Below, piece by piece: positions 1 through 9,100 of a stretch of DNA of 64,000 nt. The stretch is from Elusimicrobiota bacterium (lineage in GTDB: Bacteria; Elusimicrobiota; Elusimicrobia; UBA1565; UBA9628). Position 1 is the first letter of the stretch. The number at the start of each line of letters is the position of its first letter. The position numbers were made by a program, and so were the translations under genes. The notes under the pieces were generated by a model. It was not told the origin of the DNA, ran no database searches, and worked only from the letters and a program-made list of their open reading frames with translations. The stretch is taken from the NCBI GenBank assembly GCA_038059415.1, contig JBBTJN010000033.1, positions 9,330 through 73,329 on the forward strand. Direction: 5' to 3'.

Positions 1-488
1 CGGGCCACGACGACGTTCAGCTTGACCGGGGCCAGTCCCTCTTCGAGAGCCGACTCAATTCCCTCGAGGACACCGCGCAGGCTGCCGAAGCGGGCGATCC
101 GAGCGAAGCGCGCGGCGTCCAGCGTGTCGAGGCTGATGTTGACGCGGCTCAGGCCCGCCGCCTTCAGTTCCCGAGCCTGGCCCGCCAGCAGGACGCCGTT
201 CGTGCTTAGAGAAAGGTCGCTAATGCCTGGTATCGAGGACAGCCGCCGCACCAAAGCCGGCAGGCCGGGGCGCACCAGCGGCTCGCCGCCGGTGATGCGG
301 ATATGCGACACGCCCAGGCGCGCGAAGGCGCCCGCCAGAACCACGATCTCGTCGTCGCGCAGCAGGTCGGCGCTAGGCGCGAAGCGCGGCGCCGATTCGG
401 GCAGACAATAGACGCAGCGCAGGTTGCACCGGTCCGTGACGGAGAGCCGCAGGTAATCGATCGCGCGGTTGAAGCCGTCGCGCATCAT
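1..488 (-). CDS. moaA: GTP 3',8-cyclase MoaA (radical SAM), N-terminal part. The gene continues beyond the window start.
   Basis: Minus-strand translation from the ATG at 488 reads MMRDGFNRAIDYLRLSVTDRCNLRCVYCLPE...ITGGEPLVRPGL, the canonical MoaA N-terminus with a CxxxCxxC motif. Its start overlaps the mobA stop. It is absent from the ORF track because it has no stop within the window. Confidence 0.8.
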   Translation of the reverse strand, partial: MMRDGFNRAIDYLRLSVTDRCNLRCVYCLPESAPRFAPSADLLRDDEIVVLAGAFARLGVSHIRITGGEPLVRPGLPALVRRLSSIPGISDLSLSTNGVLLAGQARELKAAGLSRVNISLDTLDAARFARIARFGSLRGVLEGIESALEEGLAPVKLNVVVA

Positions 489-1093
489 GGCCGCAGCCCC
501 TTGGCTCGCGCGTAATCCTCTCGGGTGTCGATGTCCATGAAGGAGAGGCCCTGCGGATCGACGCTTTCGATCTCCTTCTCCAGCATGAAGCGCGTGCGCA
601 GCGAATCGAACAGGCGGGAAATCCCGAACGCGTCCTCAGCTATCGAGGACCGGATCATGCCGACGCAGCCGCGCGCGTAGACGCCGCACAGCGGCTGCCG
701 CTTGCCGCGCCACACGGGGATGACGGCGTCGTAATCGGCGCGCGAGTGCCAGAGCGCCTCGATGAGCTCCGGCCGCACGAAGGGCATGTCGCAGGCGGCG
801 ACGAAGGCGTGCCCGGTTTCAAGGCCCTGAAGCGCGGTGAAGAGGCCGCCCATGGGATGGCCGTTGCGGCAGAGGTCCTCGACGACTTGAACGCGTTCGC
901 CGTTGAGAAACGAGAGCTCGGCCGTATTTTTCGTTGCGACGAGCACCGTGGGCAGGACTTCGAGCAGCGAGTTGACCACCGCCTGGACCAAGGGCGTTCC
1001 TTCCCAGTCGGCCAAGGCTTTATTGACGCCGAACCGGCTGCTGCGCCCGCCCGCCAAAACCACGCCGGTCATCGCGTCGATCATTTGAGCCAC
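485..1093 (-). CDS. mobA: Molybdenum cofactor guanylyltransferase MobA.
   Basis: 202 aa. The LAGGRSSRFG nucleotide-binding N-terminus and overall MobA-like sequence support the call. It is operonic with moeA and moaA. Confidence 0.8.
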   Translation of the reverse strand: MAQMIDAMTGVVLAGGRSSRFGVNKALADWEGTPLVQAVVNSLLEVLPTVLVATKNTAELSFLNGERVQVVEDLCRNGHPMGGLFTALQGLETGHAFVAACDMPFVRPELIEALWHSRADYDAVIPVWRGKRQPLCGVYARGCVGMIRSSIAEDAFGISRLFDSLRTRFMLEKEIESVDPQGLSFMDIDTREDYARAKGLRP

Positions 1094-2331
1094 CGGAACT
1101 TCAGCATGTCGCCTGGAACGATGCGCGAGACGCCCTCAGGCGCCACCGCCAAGGCGTTGGCTCGCGACGCCATGGCGAGCATGGCCGAACCTTGGGGCCG
1201 GATGATGGTCAGTTCGTAGCCGCCGGACGACGGCTTTGCCTGGCAGAACAGATACTGCCGGCGATCCGCGGGTTTGGGATAGTCGTTGAGGGCGATCCCG
1301 GTGAGATGGTAGCTGGGGTGCTTCGCAGCGTGGCCTTGGAGCGCTTCAAGGGCGGGTCGCACGAATTCCTCCAGGCAGACCAAAGCGGCGAGGGGATTGC
1401 CGGGAAGGCCGAAGGCGAGCTTGGGCGGCGAGTTCGGGGCTTCCTTCACCCCGAAGAGAAGGGGTTTGCCGGGCTTGATGGCGACCCGCCAGAAAACCTC
1501 GCGTAGGCCGAGCGCTGAGAAAACGGATTTGGTGCAGTCGAAATCGCCGACGGACACGCCGCCGCAGACCACGAGCACGTCGGCCCGGGCCAATGCGCGC
1601 TCGAGCGCGGCGCGCAGCGCCGCGGGCTCGTCCGGGGCGATGCCGAGGTTCAAGACGGGCACGCCCCACCGAGACAGCGCGGCGTGGAGCGCGGGTCCGT
1701 TGGAGTCGCGGATCTTGCCGGTGGCGAGCGCTTCGCGCGCGTCCACCAACTCGTCTCCGGTGGCGAGAACGGCGACCCGGGGCCGACGGATCACCGGGAC
1801 CTCCGTTATGCCTTGCGCGGCGAGCAAAGCGATGTCATAAGGGCGAAGCCGCGCCCCTAAGTCGAGGAGCAGGCTCCCCGCGAGGACATCCTCGCCCCGG
1901 GAGCGCACATGGCTGCCGGGCCTAGTCGCCTGAGTCAGCTTGACTTTACCGTCCGTTGCGGGCTGCGTTATTTCCCGCATCACGACGCTGTCCGCGCCGC
2001 GGGGCAAGGGCGCGCCGGTCATGATGCGCACCGCTTCTCCGGGCTTCACCTCAAGGCGCCCCGTCTCGCCCGCTCGGACGGTCTCGAGAACGGCTAATTC
2101 CACGGGACGCAGCGGCGAGGCATCCTTGATGTCCGAAGCCCTCAACGCGAAGCCGTCCATCGCCGAGTTGTCGAAGGGGGGGAGCGCTTCCCGGGCGAGA
2201 ATCTCCGAAGCGAGGACGCGATCGACGGCCTGTGCGAGGGAAACTTTTTCCTCGCCCAAAACGTTTGCGTGCTCGCAGATCAGACGCAGGGCTTCGTCGG
2301 GTGAAATCATGTGCGGCGTCGTGGTTTTCAT
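1081..2331 (-). CDS. moeA: Molybdopterin molybdenumtransferase MoeA.
   Basis: MoeA-like sequence (MKTTTPHMISPDEALRLI...) with MoeA/gephyrin E-domain features. The track ORF extends to 2409, but those first 26 codons translate a terminator hairpin. The internal ATG at 2331 gives a typical MoeA N-terminus. Confidence 0.8.
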   Translation of the reverse strand: MKTTTPHMISPDEALRLICEHANVLGEEKVSLAQAVDRVLASEILAREALPPFDNSAMDGFALRASDIKDASPLRPVELAVLETVRAGETGRLEVKPGEAVRIMTGAPLPRGADSVVMREITQPATDGKVKLTQATRPGSHVRSRGEDVLAGSLLLDLGARLRPYDIALLAAQGITEVPVIRRPRVAVLATGDELVDAREALATGKIRDSNGPALHAALSRWGVPVLNLGIAPDEPAALRAALERALARADVLVVCGGVSVGDFDCTKSVFSALGLREVFWRVAIKPGKPLLFGVKEAPNSPPKLAFGLPGNPLAALVCLEEFVRPALEALQGHAAKHPSYHLTGIALNDYPKPADRRQYLFCQAKPSSGGYELTIIRPQGSAMLAMASRANALAVAPEGVSRIVPGDMLKFRWLK

Positions 2332-2351
2332 TTGAGGGTGCGCCGATAAAT

Positions 2352-2394
2352 AAAAAAACGGGCTCCTCTCGATGAGCAAGGGAGGAGCCCGTCT
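2352..2394 (-). terminator. Rho-independent terminator downstream of the hemerythrin-like gene.
   Basis: On the minus strand the stem is GGGCUCCUC, then a 13-nt loop, then GAGGAGCCC, followed by UUUUUUUAUUU. Coordinates are approximate. Confidence 0.5.
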
Positions 2395-2585
2395 GGACGC
2401 AGACGGCAACTGGCCTCTCCTTTCCTAATTCAGCCCCGGTCCGGCGGGCTTCGAGCGGGCGGGACCTTTCGACCTTCGCCCTGCGGCAGGAGAGTCATGA
2501 CTCGGCTCGAGTTTTAGACCGTCCGGCTTCGGAGTGTCACTGTACCACGCAACAATGCTGCCATCGGGGATATGCCGTCGCGCCT

Positions 2586-3101
2586 TCAGGTCATGTAGCT
2601 TTCGACCTCGGCCCAATAGCGGTTGACGTCGCGTTCCATCGCCAGATATTGCTTGCGTGCCTGCTTGGAGAGGCGGTGCAGCGTCGAGCGTCCGGCGTAG
2701 GCGTTGAAGCTCGGCCAGAGCTTGCGCTCTTCATCCTCGATCAGGCCGCGCAGGAGCTGTGCTAGACGCACGGCCAGCGCTCGGAGAGACTCGCCGCCTT
2801 CGGGGGTGATGATGGTCAGCAGAGCGGAGGCTTCATCGCGCAGGGCGGACAAAGCCTTGTGCTGTCTCTCCACGCCGGCCAAGGCCTTGTACGCGGCCGC
2901 CGACGGCAATTCCAGGCTCTTGTCGTAGATCATGTGCTCGAGTTGCGCGTGCGCCTCAAGGGCCTTGAACATGACGAGAAGGATGTTGCGCGTCTCGCGG
3001 GCGGACGCGCGCGAATCCTTCTCCGCGGCGGCGCGCTCCAGACGCCCGACGAGCTTGAGCAGCAGCACGTGCTCCTGGCTTAGCGAGTCGAAGACGCTCA
3101 T
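2586..3101 (-). CDS. Hemerythrin-like (HHE cation-binding) domain protein.
   Basis: 171 aa with repeated H..E / H...E motifs (EAHAQLEHMIY, VERQHKAL, IEDEERKLW). Its start overlaps the stop of the upstream histidine kinase. Confidence 0.55.
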   Translation of the reverse strand: MSVFDSLSQEHVLLLKLVGRLERAAAEKDSRASARETRNILLVMFKALEAHAQLEHMIYDKSLELPSAAAYKALAGVERQHKALSALRDEASALLTIITPEGGESLRALAVRLAQLLRGLIEDEERKLWPSFNAYAGRSTLHRLSKQARKQYLAMERDVNRYWAEVESYMT

Positions 3102-4177
3102 GGCGAGACCTCCAGGGCGACCGTCGCGGGAAGTCTTATGGTGAAGACGCTTCCTTTGCCCTCTTGCGATTGGACCGTGATCTCTCCCCCCATCGCGAGC
3201 AATGCCGCCCGACAGAAGTTTAGCCCCAGGCCGAGCCCATGGTCCTTCCTGTCGCTCTCTCCCTGGTAGAAACGGTCGAAGATGTGCGGCAGGTCGCGCG
3301 CGGAGATGCCTTGGCCGTTGTCCGAGACGGTGATGAGAACCGCATGATCTTCCACGGAGGCCGCCGCTTGGATATGGATCCGGCCGCCCTGGGGCGTGAA
3401 TTTCAGGGCGTTGCCGATGAGGTTGGTCAGGGCGCGGTGCAGAAGCTTCGGATCGGCGAGCGCGCTCAGCATCGAGGCGGCGCCGATCGTCAGTTTCAAT
3501 CCGCGCGTCCTTGGGCCCGCCTCCTCCTCGCTGACGAGCTCCCGGATCATGCGGTCGACGTCCACGGGCACCGCGTGGACGAGCAGCGTTCCGTCCTCCA
3601 GCTGAGCCGTCTCCAGATACGATGCGATCAGATCATCGAGCCGGCGACCGTTGCGCGCACCTTTCTCGACGAGATCGATGTCGCTTTGATCGAGGGCGTG
3701 GCCGACGCCGAGATCCTGGACGGTGCGCAACACGCCGTACATGATGGTCAACGGAGCGCGGAAATCGTGCGCGAGCATCTGGCGCCACTCCTCCTTGTGC
3801 CGCCCCGCCTCGGCCTGGGGGGAGACGTCTTCTATGATGAGGAAAAGGTTTTCGACGCTGTGCCGGCGCACGCGCGAGCAGCGTACGCGGATATCCCGCC
3901 CGGTCGGGCCGTATCTCCCTTTGACGCTCAGAGCGTCCTTCGCGCCTCGGGGAACTCTCAGCGGACACGCGGACGCAACCTCGCCGCACGACCCGCCCAG
4001 ACCCTTGCACAGCAGCTCGCAGATCGAGGTTTCGCCGGCCGCTTGCGCGGCGGGACCGAGCAACTCCCCGACGGCGGCGTTGGCGTAAAGAAGCCGCCCC
4101 TGGGCGTCGGCGACGCAATAGCCGTCCGCCAGGCAGTCGAACAACGGCCGAATTGAGTCCAGGAAATCCGCGGTCAT
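3098..4177 (-). CDS. Sensor histidine kinase with a PAS-like N-terminus, HisKA and HATPase_c domains.
   Basis: The H-box is HDFRAPL. The N, G1, F and G2 boxes are LIGNALKFT, DNGQGI, FDRFYQ and GLGLGL. Confidence 0.75.
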   Translation of the reverse strand: MTADFLDSIRPLFDCLADGYCVADAQGRLLYANAAVGELLGPAAQAAGETSICELLCKGLGGSCGEVASACPLRVPRGAKDALSVKGRYGPTGRDIRVRCSRVRRHSVENLFLIIEDVSPQAEAGRHKEEWRQMLAHDFRAPLTIMYGVLRTVQDLGVGHALDQSDIDLVEKGARNGRRLDDLIASYLETAQLEDGTLLVHAVPVDVDRMIRELVSEEEAGPRTRGLKLTIGAASMLSALADPKLLHRALTNLIGNALKFTPQGGRIHIQAAASVEDHAVLITVSDNGQGISARDLPHIFDRFYQGESDRKDHGLGLGLNFCRAALLAMGGEITVQSQEGKGSVFTIRLPATVALEVSP

Positions 4178-4248
4178 AATGTGTAAGGTGCATCATTATT
4201 GCCACAAATAGGGTGACGCTGTCAATCGTGAGGAGGCCGGGCCGGAGA

Positions 4249-5247
4249 CTATGCCGCGACCGATTTGCCCGCGCGGCGGCGCGCCAGGCCGCGCGCGGCG
4301 ATGACTTCCTGCGTGCCGCACGAGCAGTAGTAAACGGAGAGGGTTTTGGTCCGTTCCAGCGCGAAGAGCAGGAGGTCGAGGGCGGCCACGCCGCTCTCGG
4401 CGGTCGGGCGCCAGAGCAGATGGGGGGAGTCGGACTTCAGCGGGACCTGGCCGCCGGCGACCACGCGCTCGCGGTTCTCCGCGCACAGGAATAGCTCGTG
4501 GATGTTGAGGAACGGCACGCCCAGGGCGTCAAGCTCGAGGACCATGCGCTCCAGCCGCTCCTTATGTTCGGGGACGACCGGTATCTCGACGGCGACTTCC
4601 GGGAATATATCGAGCGCGCGGCGTACGGGCTCGAGGTCGTAGTCGCGCGCGGCCAGGTCGAAGCGGATCGCGTCGAGTCCGGCGTCGCGCAGCCTGGCCA
4701 ACAGGTCGTCTGTCGCCAGATCGCCGTTGGTGTAAAGGTCCACGCGGGGAGGATCGGGCATGGCTTTCAGCGCGCCGAGCAAAGCCAGCACGCGCTCCGG
4801 GCGCAGCAGGGGCTCGCCTCCGGACAGGCCGACGCTGCGCAGGCCGTAGCGCGCGATGATCTCGACCGCCTCGCCGGGCTCGTCGATGGGGATGCCGTGA
4901 ACGACGGTTTCGTCTTTGCGCGGCTTCGCGTTGAAGCAGAAGAAGCAGTCGCGCGTGCACAGGCCGGTCACGTAAAGGTTGCTGCCCCTTCCTTTGAGGC
5001 AGGAGACGCAGCCCGGCGGCAGCCGCCGCGTGTAGAGCGTCAGGCTCTCGAGGTCGCCTTTGATCCCGGCGGCGCGCAGGCTCCCCAGCCGGGCGCGCAG
5101 GACCGACACGCGTTGCGGGTCGGGCTCCGCTCCCGGCAGGGGCGCGAAGGCCAGCGCCGCCTTGCGCGCGTACCAGGAGAGATCGTCGGCGTCGCTCAGA
5201 CTCACGCGTTTGCTCGCCTCGCAACATTCCGGCCTGGCGAACGCCAT
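4249..5247 (-). CDS. Radical SAM protein, subfamily unknown.
   Basis: 332 aa. The CTRDCFFC motif is CxxxCxxC, and a GGEPLL glycine-rich SAM motif is present. Confidence 0.65.
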   Translation of the reverse strand: MAFARPECCEASKRVSLSDADDLSWYARKAALAFAPLPGAEPDPQRVSVLRARLGSLRAAGIKGDLESLTLYTRRLPPGCVSCLKGRGSNLYVTGLCTRDCFFCFNAKPRKDETVVHGIPIDEPGEAVEIIARYGLRSVGLSGGEPLLRPERVLALLGALKAMPDPPRVDLYTNGDLATDDLLARLRDAGLDAIRFDLAARDYDLEPVRRALDIFPEVAVEIPVVPEHKERLERMVLELDALGVPFLNIHELFLCAENRERVVAGGQVPLKSDSPHLLWRPTAESGVAALDLLLFALERTKTLSVYYCSCGTQEVIAARGLARRRAGKSVAA

Positions 5248-5386
5248 CTATGATGGCGGGCATAGTCGGCCTCAGGCGCGTCCGCTACACTTACTGGTCA
5301 AGGGAGGGACAGTGGAGCAGCGGACGATCCGTCTGAATTTCGACTTGAGCTTCGTGTACGGCCCGCGCACCTGGCGCCTGCCGATC

Positions 5387-5980
5387 ATGGCGGCGATGCT
5401 GTTGGCGTCCGTCGGCGAACTCAACTCCGAGAGCGTGGTTCTGACCACCTATTACCCCGCGCCCTCCGGCGTGTACACAAGCATGATCACCACGGGATCT
5501 ACGATACTTGCTCGTAATTCGAACAGTGTTGTTATCAATTCGTTGGGCACGGCGCCTGTATCCAATGCTAACCTCAAGTTGGGTGTCAATGGGGGGGTGG
5601 CCGTGGGATCATACTGGAACCAGACTGCCCCCACCCCGGCCAATGGGCTCATCGTCAGCGGCCGCGTGGGCGTGGGGATTGCGACGCCGGCCACAGCTCT
5701 CCATGTCGTCGGCCACACCTATATCAACGCTTCAGGTTGCAGCAGTTGGCCTATCACGACAACATCAGCAGACGGCATTGTGTGCATGCCTGGTTCTTAC
5801 GCGACTTTCCAACCCGGCGTCTACATCGAGGGTACCACCTACAACTACTTGCCGCTCCCCCGTCTGACAGACAGCGGTGGTACTGTGCGAAAATTTGCCG
5901 GAATGACCGCGGCCAGTTTGCCTGTTGCTATGCCCATCAGCTATGACCCAGGTATCAAGGCCTTGTGTTGCCCTAAATGA
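5387..5980 (+). CDS. Hypothetical secreted protein, in a noticeably lower-GC segment.
   Basis: The track ORF 5060..5980 overlaps the rSAM gene at its 5' end. The internal start MAAMLLASVGE (an alternative GTG lies at 5312) gives a hydrophobic N-terminus. Motifs such as GRVGVGIATPATALHV recur in fibre-like hypothetical proteins. Confidence 0.3.
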   Translation: MAAMLLASVGELNSESVVLTTYYPAPSGVYTSMITTGSTILARNSNSVVINSLGTAPVSNANLKLGVNGGVAVGSYWNQTAPTPANGLIVSGRVGVGIATPATALHVVGHTYINASGCSSWPITTTSADGIVCMPGSYATFQPGVYIEGTTYNYLPLPRLTDSGGTVRKFAGMTAASLPVAMPISYDPGIKALCCPK

Positions 5981-6185
5981 CCTGCGTGAGAATGTGTCGG
6001 ATGATCCGGCGCCGGTCGGTTTCCCGGGCGACGAGTTCCGCCGGATCGTAGCTCCCTCCCAGAGCCCGGCGCAGATCGCGGTTAAGGAGCGTTCGGTCGG
6101 TGCGGTCGAAGAAGTTCATGGCCAGGAGCAGCGAGCGCTTGGCGCCGCGCAAAGTGGGGCTGGTTCCGCGCCGCATTATATACAA
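5973..6185 (-). CDS. Small hypothetical protein (70 aa), divergent from the 6197 gene. It is possibly a small regulator or possibly spurious.
   Basis: An ORF only, with no recognisable domain. Confidence 0.15.
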   Translation of the reverse strand: MYIMRRGTSPTLRGAKRSLLLAMNFFDRTDRTLLNRDLRRALGGSYDPAELVARETDRRRIIRHILTQVI

Positions 6186-6196
6186 TACGCGGCGCG

Positions 6197-9100
6197 ATGA
6201 TCACGACATCATGGCCGGTGACGGATTACTTCGGCACGCGGCTTAAGCCGCGCTCTCTCGTCGAAGGGCCGGCGCGACTGGGATTGCGGGACTTCACCTT
6301 GGTCCTCGGAGATGAAGGCGCGATCTTGAAGCTGAGCGGCGATCTCGGCTCGGACTCCGTCGCCCGCGCGATGACCTGGCTGCGCGGACGGCTGTCTCCC
6401 TTTCTGCCCTGCCGGGCCGAGATCGGGGCGGCAAAGCCGGGCGGCGATTTCGAGGACAGGCGTCGCCGACCGACATGGATCATCGCGCTTGGCGAGATTT
6501 TCGACGAGGCAAAGGACGCGGCGCGCGTGGAGGCCGAGGTCCTCCTCCGGCTCGGCGCGCAGGCGCGCGTGATCAGCTGGCGGCGCCCCGGCGGACCGCG
6601 GGGGGTGCGCCCCGCGCGCATCGTGGCGGCTTCGCTCGAACCGAGGGCGCTGGCCTGGCTTGAGTCGGCCATGGCCGAGGACGAGGAGGCCGCGCCCGCG
6701 GACGCTGACATGCTTCTCGACGGCCTGGAGTGGGGCGTGGCGCGGCGGCCGACCATAGCGCGGGCGTCCGCCGCCGGCGAGGCGGCGCCCATCCTCGTCG
6801 ATCCCGCGCGCTGCACCGGCTGCGGGACGTGCGCCGAGGTGTGCCCGACACGGAGCATGGCCTTGAGGGGAACCTTCGCGCCTGGCGGCGTGGAGAGATG
6901 CCTGGGCTGCTTCGACTGCGTCGAGGCCTGTCCGCAGGACGCGCTGCGCCCGCGCTACGGAGATTCGAGCGCCACCACGGCTCGGTCCCTTGCCGGCCGC
7001 CCGGGCTGGCTGTCCCGTCTGCGCGGGGCGCCGGGACCGGTTTTACCCGCGCTTTTTCCTCCGTCTTATCTTCTGCCCAAGCCGGAGCCGCAAGCGAAAC
7101 CGAAATGGATACTGGGCCTGGCCGTGACGACCAGGCAGGAGCACGCGGCCGCTTTGCTCGAGGACGGTTCGGTCGCGGGCGCGGTGGAAGAGGAGCGCCT
7201 TTCGCGCGTGCGCCATCACGGCTATGCGCCGAAGGGCCGCCCCGGCTCGACGCTCGCCTCCGATCCCACAGTGTGTCTCGAGGAGGTCCTGTGCCGCCGC
7301 GCCGTCGGCGCGCTGCTTCTGGAGCGGAGTCTGACGCTCGACGACATGGACGTCATCGCGGTCAACGGCATCCCCGCACGCTATCGCGGCGCCTATAGCG
7401 CGCACGAAGCCGGCAAGACCATCCCCGTCCTGCGCGTTGGGCGCGTCGTCTACGTGCCTCATCATCTCAGTCATGCCGCCTCCGCTTGGCGGGTCTCGGG
7501 ACAGAAGGACTCCTGGGTGCTGAGCGTAGACGGACGCGGCGACCGTGAAACCGCGGCGGTGTTCCGGGGCCGTCGCGGGCGCCTGCGCCAGATCGGCGAG
7601 ATACTGAGCCTCACCGACCGTTCCATCGGCGGCGTTTACGAGACGGTGACGCGCCTGCTGGGCTTCGGCTCTCATGGACAGGGAAGCGTCATGGCCCTGG
7701 CTTCCTTCGGGAAATCTCGCTTTGATCTTACGCGCTATTTATCGCGCCGCGCCCGCGGCGCGTATTCCATCCATGAATGGGGGATCGGCGAGCGCTTCAA
7801 GTCGCTGGCCCGCGCGTCCGGCGCGCCGCTTAAATCCGGCCACAAAAATATGGCCGCGTCCCTTCAGGCCGCCCTCGAGAAAATAGTCCTGGCGATCCTC
7901 AAGGACGCGGGCGTTCCCCGCGACGCGTCCGGATTGTGCCTGGCCGGAGGCGTGGCCCTCAACTGCCGCATGAACGAACTCATACGCCGGACCTTCAAGC
8001 CGAGGGCGATGTTCGTCCAGCCCGCAGCCAACGACGCGGGCACCGCGCTAGGCGCGGCGCTGGAGGCCGCCGCTATCGTAGGAATGCCCGCGGCGCGGGC
8101 GCTCGAGCATGCCGGTCTGGGGCCGGCGTTTACGGAGGATGAAGCGCGCACGGCTCTCGAGCACGCGGGGCTCGGATATACGCGTCCCGCTTCAGTGGCC
8201 CGCGAGACGGCGGCGTTGTTGGTGAAGGGGGATGTCGTATGCTGGTTCCAGGGCCGCTCGGAATTCGGGCCGCGCGCGCTGGGCGCGCGCAGCCTGCTCG
8301 CCGACCCGCGGCGCGCGGACATGCGCGCGCGCGTCAACCGCCTTAAGGAACGCGAGTCCTGGCGTCCTTTCGGGCCCTCCATTCTCGCGGGGCACGAAAA
8401 GGAGTGGTTTGAGGACGGCTTCGACTCCCGCTTCATGCTCTTTGCGCGCAAGCTTAAGAGGGGCCGGGCCGCGCGGGTGCCGGCCGTAGCCCACGTCGAC
8501 GCCACGAGCCGCCCGCAGTCGGTTCATGCCGCGGCGAGCCCTCTTTACCATGAACTCCTGACCGCGTTTCATGAAATGACAGGCGTGCCCATGGTGCTCA
8601 ACACATCCTTCAACCGCGGGGGGGAGCCCATCGTCTGCTCGCCCCATGACGCCGTGGACTGCTTCCTGGGCATGGCCGAGGCCGGAGCTTTGATTCTGGG
8701 CCCCTTCGTCGCGCGGCGCGAGCCTGCGCGCCGCGACATTGACGCCGTCGCGTTGCCCTCGCTTCCCGGCGGTCGGCGTCTCATGCTGCGACTGACCGCG
8801 CGCGACGACTGCGATCCCGCGCACGCGCCCATCGCGGACATCGCGCATCTGGGCGACCGGACGTTCGAGGACGCCGTGCGCGCCATGGACGCGGGGCGCA
8901 AGGCTTCCTGCTCCGAGCTCGTGATTATGCGCGGGGAGGCCACGCTGCGTCCGGACCTCGAAGAGTTGCTCAGGCGCGCGCGCGCGATGGGCTACGGCTT
9001 TATACAAATCCAAACGAGCGGCCGAAGCCTGGCGCGCGCCGGCATACGCGCGCGCCTCCTTCCGCTCGTTGACGCTTTCGAGATCACGCTGTTCGCGGCC

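Noticed and set aside
2425-2616. A 63-aa minus-strand ORF between the hemerythrin gene and moeA.
   Set aside because: It overlaps the terminator hairpin and the 3' end of the hemerythrin gene. It has no domain and no start signal.
6150-6196. A GC-clamped AT-centred near-palindrome (cgccgc-attatatacaatac-gcggcg) and weak TGG...GCA as a promoter or operator for the 6197 gene.
   Set aside because: The -12 element is offset by one relative to the sigma-54 consensus. The palindrome centre is imperfect. It is too speculative to list as a feature.
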